The notes under the pieces were generated by a model. The model saw only the letters and a list, made by a program, of their open reading frames with translations. It did not search any database and had not been told where the DNA came from. From NCBI GenBank assembly GCA_023213395.1, contig CM041465.1:245527741-245591740 (forward strand): 64,000 nt of DNA. The letters run 5' to 3'. This document shows positions 36,614-50,000 of this stretch, one piece after another (position 1 is the stretch's first letter; every line of letters starts with the position of its first letter). The DNA comes from Cycas panzhihuaensis. Lineage: Eukaryota; Plantae; Cycadophyta. The translations under genes were made by a program, and so were the position numbers.

Positions 36614-39600
36614 GTAAGTAACATGCACTTTTGATTGAATGCGAATAACAGAAAGTGATAACTAACAAAAATGACTATAGTCTCACATATTTGAAGACTC
36701 ATAAGTGTGACCCTTTCCTTCGTTAGGCCTCTAAAAAACACACACACATAGCCAAACAAGAAATGTAGTGTGCAATACAGAATGCAAATCGAAAAAGGAT
36801 CCTTTTTATCCCCCCCTCCCCGCGTGACTTTTTTTTTTTCTTTTTCTTTTTTCTTTTCCTTTTAGAAACATAAATCAAATCCTGTAAACAAGGGCATAAA
36901 CATATCATGTAAACTGTGCTCAAATAAGTAATCAAGTCAAACAATCGTACTGCTTTTGTTTTATGGAAATAAACTACAATGCCAAAAAGAACATTTCTCT
37001 CTTCTTTTTTTGTGTGTGTGCAGCTAAAATACCAAAAAAAAATACTACCTTTGAGTGGGACTCACGAGAACTACATGGAACCAAACAACAATCAAAAGCT
37101 GTTGCAGTCTGAAGGGGCCGATCGAGCATAAATGCTCACCACCCTTACGTGATCTACGTGTCTAACCTAAGGATTTCCCGAGGCTATTGACCTGTTCTAA
37201 ATCGCCTGACTACTAATCAACTTAGAATGACGGGCTCAATTTATGAGATCGAGGAAAGGACAACCCAGAGCTAGAGGCCTGAAGGAAGCAGGACCATATG
37301 ATAAATCCGCTTGTGGATAAGTCGGTGGGGACTCATCAATACTGACGATGATCCTTGCATGAATGCAATAGTGGTTTTGTCGTGCTCGCATTTGATTTCA
37401 ACGAGACTCAAGCTCCCAAGAGGTGAAGAAGACGAGGACACTACTTTTAACGGGAGAGATGAAGTTCACTCGACTGACCACGCGTCTCGCGTGTTAGGAC
37501 ATGGTGAGGTTAGACATCTTTCAATGGCCCCTTCGGAACATGGATATGGAGTACTCAATGCACCTAGAGGCACAAGACTAGGTGTCTCATTTGGTGATGA
37601 GATTTAAATAAAAAGACATCAAACCCCTGCCCCCCGTCGCCGCCCCCCCCCTGGCTGGTACAAGAATGAACCGTAGTTCCTAAAAAGAGACTAGAGAAGA
37701 AAACAATTTTTGATTGAATGCAAACAAAAGAAAGTCCTAACTAGCAATAACGATTATAGCCCCATGGATTTGAGGATTCGCAACAGGTGCGCCCCTCTCC
37801 TTCGTTAGGCCTCTAAAAACACAAACACACATCACCAAACAAGGAATGCAATGCAGAGTGCAAACTGAAAAATAATACTTTTTATCCTTTTCTTTCTCCC
37901 TTTTCTTTTAGCTTTTCATTTTAAGAATAGATATCAAATCCTACAAGCAAGGTCGGAAGGCTATCACGCAAATTGTGTTCAAATAGGCAATCAAGCCAAA
38001 CAATCCTACCCTTCTCATTTTTTACGACAAAGCCAAAGAAAACATTTTTCTCTCTTTATTTTTTTTGTGATTAAAATACAGAAAAAAGACTAGTTTTGAG
38101 GGGGGCTCACGAAGAATACCTAGTTATCCACGTAAAATCACATATTTTTTTTTTTTTGAACAACTCACCGCATGCCAAATTGCCATACAAGCTTCGAGCC
38201 AAGTTAGTTGAGCATGCAATTTTTGGAAAAACAGATTTCTAATAAAACTTTTGTAGTATTTCTGCTTGTTGGACCACGTTATGACAAAAAAAAGTTTCTA
38301 AACTCAAATGTTATAAAAACCACAAAAAACGAAGTCTATACGTATATAATTGGATTGTGGCAAAAATTCGGCTGCGTTCCAACTATGCAACATGCCCTTG
38401 ATTTTTTGGTGGGAAGGTAGAGGAGAAGGAGAGAAAGGAAAAGGAGCGGAATGAGATCCCAAATCGCTTCAAATGTTCCAAATCTTGTAATCAAACTATG
38501 GGCCTTCCACGTGCAATACAACTAAGAGCATACATCGATATCCACAATATGGAAAATATACTAAAATCTTAATAAAAGGACACTACCAACATGCAAACCT
38601 TATGACTTGGTGAGATAAAGGAAGGGGGGTCTCATAAATGACAGAAAATTCCCTTCATGTGATGGTTTGCTAGGTAATACTTGGCCACTTCCCCCCTGCA
38701 AAGCTACTTGACACATGGACAAGGAAAAAACAAGAATAACAGAAATAAAAGACTAGCAACAAAGTGATAATAACGATGAAAAACGAGGCAAGTAAAGTAA
38801 TGCTCCACTAATTGAAGGAAAAAACAACAAACAAACTTTGAAGCAAACCTATCACAGAGTGATGAGGGGATTGCCTAGTTCCAAGTGGTGAAGATGGTGT
38901 CGATGACAAAGTTTCTCTAGCTAATGGATGCTCTAACATTGCTAGATGATAGTTTCTAAGCCAAGGTAGAAGTGAAGAGGTGTGAATCAATCGTTTTGCT
39001 TGCTTTTGGCCAACTTTTGGCAACTTAACGACAGTATGATGACAATTTTCTTGACCTCCCTCCACATGGAAAAGGAGGGGGTTCTTATAGATGACGATGA
39101 GGGGCTTAGCCCATGGTTTCAAGCCTATAGAGTGAGATGAAACCATGGGCCCAATTCCATGGGCAATTGCCATTCCAATTCCATGTGAGCCATGGTTTTT
39201 GGATGGGGCATGGCCCATGGTTTTGATAAAATCAATGGGCCATCCTTGAGATTGGGCCAACAATAAATGGAGAAACATTTGGGGGCCATAAATGTGCAAG
39301 CAAACGCGAGCCCAAAAAAATTGCATCTTGAAAAATTGGTATCACGAAGTTTGTCCCGATACCATGAAGAATTTTTGTGGCATCGTGAATTATTGGTAAA
39401 CACTAATTTGCCGGGCATAAAACAGAGCGGAAGAGTCACTGGGCAACATGGGATTCAAGAAAGGGAGTCAAATAGTCCAAAAAGAGAGAGACAAAGAGAA
39501 CTATGAAAAAAATAGGGCAATATGGATGAAAAACGAAGTCAACGAAGCAAAATTGGATGGAGAAAGACACAAACAAAGCAACAAAGGAACAGATAGAGCC

Positions 39601-39848
39601 TTGCAAAGGTGCTAAGCAGCCTTTCCTAACCTAGTAAACTCAAAGGGATGACCGAATAGCCATCAACAAACTCATCATCAACAAAGGGGAAATTAGCTGA
39701 TCAAGAAAATCAACAGGCAAACTTAGGCATACGATCACGAACAATTAATCCAAGTCATAAAAAACCTATGCAAAATAGAGAGGTGAGTACGTACCTTCAC
39801 TTTACCTGTTGCCATTGTGTACACATCATTCTCATATTGTGAGAAACA
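36614..39848 (-). repeat. Tat-like LTR, 5' part of the right arm
   Basis: Minus strand starts tgtttctcacaat at 39848 and aligns to 12174 onward. No PPT beyond it, so a 5' or solo LTR. Confidence 0.85.
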
Positions 39849-40199
39849 ATAACTTAATGTTATAAAGTGCAAATGTAAATTAAAGTTTGTTATTAGGTCG
39901 CGTAATTCACACTAATAACACCTTTACTCTCATGCTACTATTTTTAGTAAGTTGTTAGCTCTAACTATCGGACTGATTTGAACCCTTGGATCAAATTAAT
40001 TGCAAGTGTCAGTTTGTATATTTAAGCATGGGCATTGTACCCTCATATAAATGAAAAAGAGTGATGAGGAAATGGGAGATGCACTTGAGAATTTCAATGT
40101 GTGAGTTTTATTAATGAAGAGATTATTTTTTGGGCTTGAATTGAATTTTTGCTCCTCCATTTTCTTGTGTTAGTAATTATGCATGTGTGCTCTTGAATG

Positions 40200-43100
40200 A
40201 TTAATTTTCTGTGTTTGTTGATCCTGGTTGAGAGTATAGTTAATCTTTCCTCCTTTCAATAATGAATATTGGTCACCATGATGTTATTTTGGGGCAAAAG
40301 TTGTTACATGCTTGTGATCTTCAAATTAGTTTTCTGACACACATTGTGAAGTTTCAACTTGATGGCTGTCAACACTTCTTAGTTGGCAATAAAGGGTTGC
40401 AAATTATTCCCATGGTGCCATCCATCCAACTAAAGAGGATGTTTCAACAATGTGACAACACATGTTATGCAATCCTTGTCAAAGAACCCAATCAAACATT
40501 TCTTCTAGTAAAATTGGCTATGGTATGCATAACTTCTTAAGTTAGTGTGCTAATATATTCCTTGAAGATTTACCTTGTAGTTTGCTTGTTGATAGAGATG
40601 CCGATTATGCTATTGAGCTAGAATTGGGAACTAAACTGACTTTTAGAATCTCATATTGGCTTAGTTTTTTTGAACAAAAGGAAGTTAATAAACAAATCAT
40701 ACAATTGTTAGAGAAGGGATTCATTTGCCCTAGTAAGTCACCATTTGGAGTCCCAATTTTCTTTCTTAGTAAAGAAGAAAGATTGGCCCATGAGAATGGT
40801 TCTAGATTGTAGATCCCTAAATAAAGCCACTATAAGGGATAAACATTTAACGCCTCAAATTGATGATCTTTTGGATCAGATCAAAGGTGCAACAACATTA
40901 TCAAAAATTGATTTAAGAAGCGGCTATCATCAAATATGGATTAAGTCTTCAAGTGTAGAGAAGATTGCTTTTACCGTAAAATATGGGCATTATGAATATT
41001 TGGTCATGCCATTTGGATTGACCAATGATCTTGGTACATTCATGAAATTGATGAATGGGATACTCCATCTTTATTTAGATAAATTGGTTGTTGTTTCCAT
41101 TGACGACATATTTTTAGTAAAATATCAAGAACACTATGAACATTTGAGAGAGGCATTGTACATATTAAGGGGGCATAAATTATATCCAAATTTATCAAAG
41201 TGTGATTTCTTTTAGGAGGAAGTAGAATATTTGGGTCACATTGTCTCAAAAGATTAAGTGGTGCTAGATCCAAAGAAAATCCAAGCAATAAAGGCATGGC
41301 CAATTCCTAGGGATGTGCATGAATTGCAAAGCTCCCTTTGTGTTGATATTTTTTACAAGAAGTTTGTTCAAGGTTATTCTCGATCGATAGCTCCTGTTAC
41401 CAAATTGTCGAAAAAGTATTGTAAATAAGTTTGGTCGGATGCTTATCAATTGAGTTTTTATTTGTTAATGGAAAAAGTAACAACTACCTTGATACAACCC
41501 TTGAAAGGCAGTACGATAGCACACACCAAATTGCAAAGATAATTGGAAAAATTCAAATAAGTGCATTGATAGAAATATGATTATTGTTTTTATAATATTG
41601 TATTTATATTGGCCTACAGGCTTCTACCAATGAACACGGCTTTTTCCTGCTTAAAAGCTAATTCAAAATCCTAATTTACTTAGTTAGCACCAATAATAGT
41701 GCGGGTCCATAACAAGCCCTTCCCCTTAAGATGGTTTGCCCCTAAAACTTTAGGGTTGCAACTTTGGAAACTCTTCGAGTATTATTGTTGGTTCCCATGT
41801 AACATCATGTATTGGCAATTGCTTCCATTTGATGAGATACTTTTGGAAAGTTTTAGTTTGCAACTGTTTGTCCCAGGATCGTAATATTGCCTTCGTAATG
41901 ATGATTGGATTCCCCTCCTCATTTAGGAGAGGAATCTTGATCTATGCTTGAGCGAGTTCCCTTATCTTTTTCTTTAGACATGAAATGTGGAAAACGTCAT
42001 GTATTTGAAAGGATTTAGGAAGTTCCAAGGCATAAGTAACATTGCCAACTTTTCATTTTACCAAATGGGGTCTATAGTATTTAGGGCTCAACTTCTCCCT
42101 TTGTGTCCCTTTGAGTGACACTTGTTTATATGGCTGTAGGCGAGCATAAACCTAGTCTCCTTTTGTAAATTCTTGTTATGTGCAATGCTTGTCAACTTAT
42201 TGTTTCATCTAATTTTGAGCTCCTGCCAAATGCTCCTTAAAAATTTTTAATGGTGTTCTAAGCATACTATAAATAATCACCTATTATTGGAACACAAATA
42301 TCTTTGACTATCCACTCTTTTGGTTGTATAGGGGCATAACCATATAGGGCTTTAAAATCTGACATCTAGATGGTTGTGTGGAATGTTGAGCTATTTAACC
42401 CAAGTGTTCTACTTATCTATCACATAATTTCTCAAGTATCCTTGTAAACACTTGTTCACTGCCTTCATTTGTTCATTAATATGTAGATGGTAACTAGTGT
42501 TCATAGTTAGTGTGGTTCCAACCAATTTAAATAACTCTTACCAAAAATAACTCAGGAACTTCAGGTCATTGTCGCTTACGATGGCATGTGGAAAACCATG
42601 TAGTCGATGAAGTTCTTTCATAAACACCTGAACTATTTGGGGGGCCTCATATGTCGATTGAATGGCCATAAAATCAATAGATTTGGATAGGTGGTCAACC
42701 CCTACATAGATTGCTTCCTTACCCTCTAATTTTGGCAAGCTATTTATTAAATCCATGCTAATGATTTCCTACTTCCGTTGGGGAATAGGTAAATGTTATG
42801 GCAACCTAGGTGATGTTATGCATTCATATTTATTAATTTGACATACCTGGCATTTGGCCACGAATCTTTGTACCTCTTTTTTCATACCCTTCTAGAAAAG
42901 TGATTGCTTAACTTGTAGGTATGTTTTGAAAAATCCTGTGTGACCAACCATTGGAATAATGTGCCCTTCTTCCATAATTTTATTATGGAACTTAGAATCA
43001 AGACACAAGAAGATTCTTCCCTAATAATATATAACATCTTTATTCCTTTCAAACTTGTCCCATTTGCTTTATTGAATCTTTGCAAGAAGCTATTGGACTT

Positions 43101-46100
43101 TTTGCATTCTTACCATATTTTGCTTGGATGCTTTTTATCCAACTTGGGAACACCATGGATATCGTGCAAATTTAGAGCTGTTGCTCCTTCTGAGACAGGG
43201 CATTCGCAAGTCAAATGTTTCGAAGTCAAATGTTTGTAGTTTATTGATCCACTTTTGTTGTTTTGGGGATAGTTCCTTTTGTTTCAGGATATACTGCAAA
43301 CTATAATGGGCTATCTTGGTTAAGAATCCATATCCTAGAAGGTACTGTCACCATTTTTGCAAGGTATTTACTATAGTTAGAATCTCTTTGTCGTAAGTGG
43401 ATTTGAGTTGTTCTCGATTATTTAATTTTCTAGTTTTAAAAGTAATCAATCTCCCATCTTGCATCAACATTGTTCCTACCCCTATACTTGATGCCTCACA
43501 TTTGATGGTGAATGGTTTGGAGAAGTCAGGTGATGTTAATACAGGAACTGAGGTCATAATTTCCTTCAATCTTTGAAAGCATTTCTTAGCCTATTCATCC
43601 CATTGAAATGCACTCTTCTTGAGTAGGTTTGTCAGTATCAAAGTTTTTTGGGCATACTACTTGATAAACTATCTGTAATACCCCGTCAATCCCAAAAATC
43701 CTCTCAATTGGATGTTATTTCTTGGGCTAGGCCAGTCCTAAATGGTCTTAGTTTTATAGTGGTCAATCTTGACCCCTTCATGAGTTATGGCTTGGCCCAA
43801 ATACTCAATTTCCTCTTTGTTAAATGTACACTTGGAGCACTTGGCAAAAAGTGTGTTTGCCTAGAGAGTATTGAGGATTTTGTCGACATGGGCAACGTGA
43901 CTCTTTTGACATTTGTTGTGAATCAAAATGTCATTAAAGAAAACTAATACAAACTTTTTTAAAAATGGAGCTAATACCTAGTTCAACTATGCTTGAAAGG
44001 TGGTAGGGGCGCTGGTGAGTCCAAATAGCATCACCTTAAATTCATAGTGGACATGGTAGGTACTAAATGTTGTCTTAGGGTATCTTCCTCTCTTATCCCC
44101 ATAAGGTGATAGTCAAATCTCAAGTCGATCATAGTAAACCCTTGAACCCCATGTAGCTTGTTGAGAAGCTCATCTATTTGAGGAATGAGTAATTGATTCT
44201 TAATTGTAGCTTTTTGTAGGGCCCATTAGTCTATGCACTTTCAAAATGACTCATCTTTCTTCCTTACTAACACGATTGGAACTGTGCCCTTTTGTTTATA
44301 TCTTATGAACTTTTCGTCCAAATTGGTTTTAGATGTTTCGATTTTCTTTAATCATTATCTTTCTAGGATCACATCGTAGCCACTGATATCTGCCATGTAG
44401 AAGCCCTTAATGATGACTTCATCTCCAACATTAAGCTTGAGCTTCTCTACCACCGCTTGGCCTACAATGAATTGCCTTCCTCCCACTTGAATTTAAAACC
44501 TTGAGATTTGTGTTGGGAAGAGTTTTAGATGTTTCGTTGCATACTTGTCTATAAAATTGTTGGTACTAAAATCGACCAAGATTGTAATTGGCTATTTCTT
44601 AATGAAGCCACGTAGCTTGGGTATGTCTTGTCGCATGATTTTATTCATGGTCAAAAGAGGCATGTATGGCATAGCCTCCTTTAAGGTTGGTGTCTCTTTG
44701 GTTGTGAAGTTTGGCTTTGAGTCGTCTTCCCCCTCATATAGACTGCCCTCGATTGGCTCTAACTCAATGGTAAAAATTTGATTTTGTGCACTTCTGTGTT
44801 GTGGGCCCCATTGCTCGATGCATCTAAAACAAAGGCCCTTCTTTCATAAGTCATCCTGTTCTATATTGGACCTTTATAGTGTGGGTCTTATTGATTTGGA
44901 CTAATTAAAAACTTGTTTGAGATTATAGGTTTCTTTTCTGCCAAGATTGGTGTATTTGTTTGAGCAAATGGAGGAACATAAATTTCAGACTTGGCTTTGT
45001 TTATGGATTTAATTTTATCCTCATATGTGAGAGCCAACTACGTTGCCTTTTTGAGGGTTGGTGGATCCCATGTCAAGACATCAACTTGAATCTCCATTGT
45101 TAAGCCATCAATATATAATTGGACCAATTTGTTTGTGGGGATATCCTTTACTACATATGACAATTTGGTGAACGTAGTATTGTAGTCTTTGTCTACTTGA
45201 GCTTCTGAAGCTTTCAACAATAATCACAATTCACGACAATGTTGAACCATTACAGAAATACTGTTACAAATACGTCCCATGATGGCGGTTGGGATTGGTA
45301 CGTGGTTCATTCCAAGCTTGGCCATTGTTCACATGCTAGGTTGTCCAAATATAATGCGGCCATTCGTACTTGCTCTTAGCTGTCCATTTCCTTTAGGTGG
45401 AAATATTGTTCCATCCATTAAATTCAAACGTTTAGTTTGCATGATTTCTATTTCAACTTGAGGCATTGGATCATTATTTTCTCAAACTTTTTCCTTTTTT
45501 GCAAGTGTATGTCTAGAACCCTACAATGTTTTGCTCTTCAAGGCTAAAATTTTTGAAGTCATCTAGATACTTTTGTCGTGCTTCATTAGGGTGTCCTGCT
45601 TGAAACTGGGTGACGTGCAAATCATGATTGAATGCTTTTCATTGATTTTCGTCTTGGGTCTTCCCACCAGAATTTGCATGCTTGTGACCATCTAATGAGG
45701 GGGGCAACATATTGACCAATTTATTGTGCATGGCGTTGATTGAATCAATTACAACTTGTAATTGGTATCCTGGCGTATGCTGTAGCATGGTAGAATTGTG
45801 AGTGTTTGTTTCATTCATGACTATAATAATTCAACTTAGTACTTGGTCCTCTCTTGCCTCTCTTGTTTAAAATGGATATTCAAGCCTGGTCACCATCAAA
45901 CGTTCCCTTGTTGGAATTTGAGGCCTTACGCTGGCTTTGGAAGGATGTGGTACTAAGTTAAAACCCCCAACTGGTTTAACTCCATATAGAATGGAAAGTT
46001 TATATGTAAAAATGTGGGAAAAGGTTGGAATAATGGTGAAAATGATGGAGAAAATAAGTGTTTATTTAAGGACTTGGCAAGAAAATTTTGAAATTTCAAA

Positions 46101-47013
46101 TGAAGAATATTCCATGAAGGAGTATTTTGAAGTTTATTTTGAATATTTGTAAGGTTTGTTTGGGCAATTTTGTTATTAAGCGAGTGGTTTGTGAATTTGT
46201 CAAGGTTTGCGAGCGACATAACAAGGGTGATGACCATTCGTCGAGGATTGCAAGAATGTTGACGGAAGGATGCGACGGTGATGTCAATGCAAGAGTTAGA
46301 GGTAGATATGCAAAAGGAGTGTATTGAGAATTGCAAAATTGTAGAGTGGAGGATGCAAATGACGATGTTAATGTGACACAAATGACATTGGCAATGTGAA
46401 AACCATGGGAAGATATATAGAGGGAAGATGAAGGTAAGTCAAGGGACTTGTTTGCAAATGGCGTAGAGGGGCAACGACAACAACACAGGATGAATGATTG
46501 CTTCACTAAGTCCGAGTGGCAAGATAGATTCGCAATGGAAGAGCTTCAAGGTTCTACGCTCTGATACCACTTCATACATCCCTTGAAAACTACTACAATA
46601 ATGCACACCAAATTGCAAAAAGAATTGAAGAAATTCAAATAAATGTATTCATAAAAAAGATAATCATTGTCTTTACAATAATGCATTTATATTGACCTAT
46701 AGTCATCTCGACAAAGAACATGTCCTTTTCTTGGCCAAAAGCTAATTCAAAATCGTAATTTACTTAATTAGCATTAGTTTGGGTCCATAGCATGCCTGAA
46801 TTCTATGCGTTCTTGATCCATAAAACCCATATGTATTGCAAACCAACGCTTGTCGGCAAGTTCTTGGAATTGTGTTGATGCAAGAAGGTTGCATAGTGCC
46901 CTATGAAAGTCAAAGTCAAAAAATGAATCCAATTAAATAGAGGTGTTCTATTTTTAGCCAAGAATTGTTCGTAGTGATTCATCCGATAAAGACTTGGAAA
47001 CATTGTTTGAAAG
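40200..47013 (+). pseudogene. pol: Degenerate chromovirus-type gypsy pol (PR-RT-RH), split by the 41490-46792 insertion
   Basis: KIDLRSGYHQI..GHYEYLVMPFGLTN..IDD (40745-41215). RH resumes after 46797 (..PYVLQTNA..GIVLMQEG..YES). Confidence 0.85.
41490..46792 (-). mobile_element. Full-length degenerate chromovirus (Ty3/gypsy with chromodomain), 5.3 kb
   Basis: Diverged ~220-bp LTRs 46572-46792 and 41490-41714, PBS tggtatcagagc 46558-46569, PPT aaggggaagggct, TSD tacct/tgcct, RT/RH/IN remnants, chromodomain YLIKWKQLPIHDVTWEP (~41780-41845). Confidence 0.9.
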
Positions 47014-50000
47014 TGTTAACTCTTAACCATGCGTTTGAACTAGGAAAAGATCAGATAATGCAACACAATCAACTGCATCATCACAACATCATATGAACAA
47101 TACTCAACTAGGACATCATATGGATGATACTCAACTCATAAACATAATTATAGAATATACACAACTCAGAGTATTTTATTATATAAAAAATGGTTATACA
47201 CAAGAAGTAGGATGTGACATCCCATACAAGTCTAATACTAAACACCAAGATCAGGATGCACAACATCGCATGCCTTCTGTCTATTCTCACTACATACATA
47301 TATTATTGGAACCGTTGTCTGTCGCTTGGTAACTACTTCTAACTTCTTGACCGAACTGATTCTCCCTTGTTAACACAATGCCCAACATTTACCCATTATT
47401 AACAAAATGGGTCCCAACGTCTCTCCCCCTTTTTTTGAGCTCTAAGCATCTCGCTTAGTAGGTGCTGCTTGGTCTATAATTGAAGATGCGCCTTGAGTTG
47501 GAACTAGGGATGTTTTAGAATATAGAGGGTCCAACCCTGCTTTGTGCTGCCATTTGCGATTTTCGCGGCTAACTACATTGACACATTGTAGTATTATCTC
47601 ACGACATCTTTTTTCTTCCTCAAGCTGAGTTGATAATTTTTTGACCTGTTGTTCCAAAATTTTGAGTAGTTGCTCATTCTGACGGAGATGTTCTTCTAAT
47701 GGACTAATCTATTGGATGTGACTGATCTCTCAATTGTACATTTCCTGATTTGTTTTTAGCAATTGACTGCATTCCCCTTGATTTTTCTATAACAATTCTT
47801 TTGTTTCCTGCAAGTCCTTAAAATTTTTCTGTAGTTGATCTTCCTTTTTCTGCAACAATTCCTTTGTTTCCTGCAAGTCCTTCTATAACTGATCATAATT
47901 GTCTATTTTATGATAATTATCTTCAATCATTCTTCACGAATGATCCTTGAGCTTCTACTACCGCTCGATATTCGTCCACTAAGCTCACCATGTGTGCATG
48001 TTAAGTTTTAATGATTTGTAGATCAATGGAGGTTGTTGCTTCTCCAATTCTGGTTCTGGCTTGGGCAGAGCATCCACTCCTAATATTCCTACGGCATGGA
48101 GTAGTTCACATCGTGCTACTTCACTGTGTACAGTGGGAGATGCTGGAATGTTCAGATGAGTTGCTGTAACGAGTGTCCTAATCAATAGGGAGTATAGACT
48201 CACTACCGGTTTTTGCTTCCTCATTCTCCTCGCTCGTGTTGAGATTTGAGTAATCTGCAATATAATCCTCATCGGAGTCGTCAGAAGAAGTAATCGAAGA
48301 TTCTTCTGTTTCGCATATCGTTACAACTTTGCATTTCTTTGTTTGTTCTATTTTGCCTTTCTTTTGAACTTTTAGACTGATTTTTTTCGGTGTGGAAGAA
48401 TCCTTATGGAATGCAGAGAGCAACAAGATTGTTAGACATTTTGTTAATCTTGGCAGATTAAAATTTTCATAGCAGAATCCCAATAAATACATAGTGAAGT
48501 TAAAACTTGATTGCCCCCCTGTAACGAGCTGATGTAATGATGTCTTATATTTTTCGAGATGAAAGCAGACCAATTGTAAATTGTCCCTTTAAATGAGTCC
48601 TTCAAAATATGGGGCGGTCCACCAAGGCAACGCGTTACAATGTTGCTCTCCTATAAGTCTTATACAAATAAGCACTGCGATGACCATCATGTTTGTAGTC
48701 TTTAAATGTGTCACTAGAATATTTCGTCCTCCATGCTTAGTATGAAATTCTTTTTTGCATATTGCTTGAATGATTTGGTGCTTCATTATAGCCATTAAAT
48801 TTCCTGATGTCTTCGCTTCCTGTCCTATCATTTGAAACCCTATTAACCTTGCCACATCTTCTGGCTCCATTATTATAATTCCTTCGTTAATTGTTATTAC
48901 GTAATCTGTGGGATTGTATAACCTTGCAATACATCTTGTAATCTTTTAGAATTTTTGGAAAAGATTGGACATGATGTAGCCTAGACAACCTTTGCGTCTA
49001 TTAAGTGCGCTTTTAATGGAGCATTCTGATCTTCTACTTCTAACCACTTGTGCAATATGGGAGAATTCCACACTTGCCATTTAATTTGACAGCCTTCGAT
49101 TTCAAATGGAATTTCTACGTTTTCCTCTATTTGCTTTGCAAAGATCCTGAAAACGAGAGTCATTTTTGCAAATCTTGCGAATCTCAATCCTAACATCACT
49201 GTCTTCTTTATCTCAAAGTGAGTGCACCACCTTCAAAATAAATGTAGCCACGTCTTCATCTAATGATGATTACCCCTCCTCGTATCTTGCATATAATTTG
49301 CCGAAGATGGAGAGTTTGATGGAAAACATAGAGAGGGTGGTGGTTTTATAGGTTGGCTGACTCGAAGTGGGTGAGTCGGCCAACCATGGGCTTGGGAAAA
49401 CCATGGGCCTCCACTTGTGGTTTTTGCCCATGATTTAGGCGAAGCCATGGGTTGCTTGTGGTTTATCACCTACAGTTGTCAGTGGCAGTTGACCATTGAT
49501 CGACAACCCATCGGCCAACCTTTTTTTGCTTTGTTGAATAATTTTTTGCAAATTATTATACGATAACATGTCATTCAATTAAAATATTATTTTCACTTGT
49601 GGTTTTCATCAGTTTCGTAATGTTTAAGTTTTGATCCATTGGTCGTAAGTTTGTGTATCATTGTTAATTTGTGCCATCTCCATTATATCATTCTCAAAAA
49701 TTCTTTTGACTATAAATGGACCGAGCAATCGAATTTTAAGCTTACATGGTTTTATAAAATGCTTGCCATCATATTTAGGAACAAGGTCGCCTTTCTCAAA
49801 TACTTTTGGATGTAATGTTTTGTTGTGCCATTTTTTTTTATTTGTTGTTGTATTGTGTTCATCCTTCATTATGCATGTTGTTAAGTTTCATCCAAAGCTA
49901 AAATAGTTTCTAGTCGAGGTTTAAGACTGGCTTAATTCAGCCATCGTTGTTGCACGACAATTCTTAAACTTGGAACTATAAATTCTATACGAAGAATTGC

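Larger units (their letters stand above)
12174..39848. repeat. Giant interrupted inverted repeat, centre 20755-20833
   Basis: 20754 leftwards matches the reverse complement of 20834 rightwards through copia leader, gag, SINE and integrase (17020 vs 24650), then the foldback element and the LTR out to 12174/39848. About 85-90% identity by eye. Confidence 0.9.
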
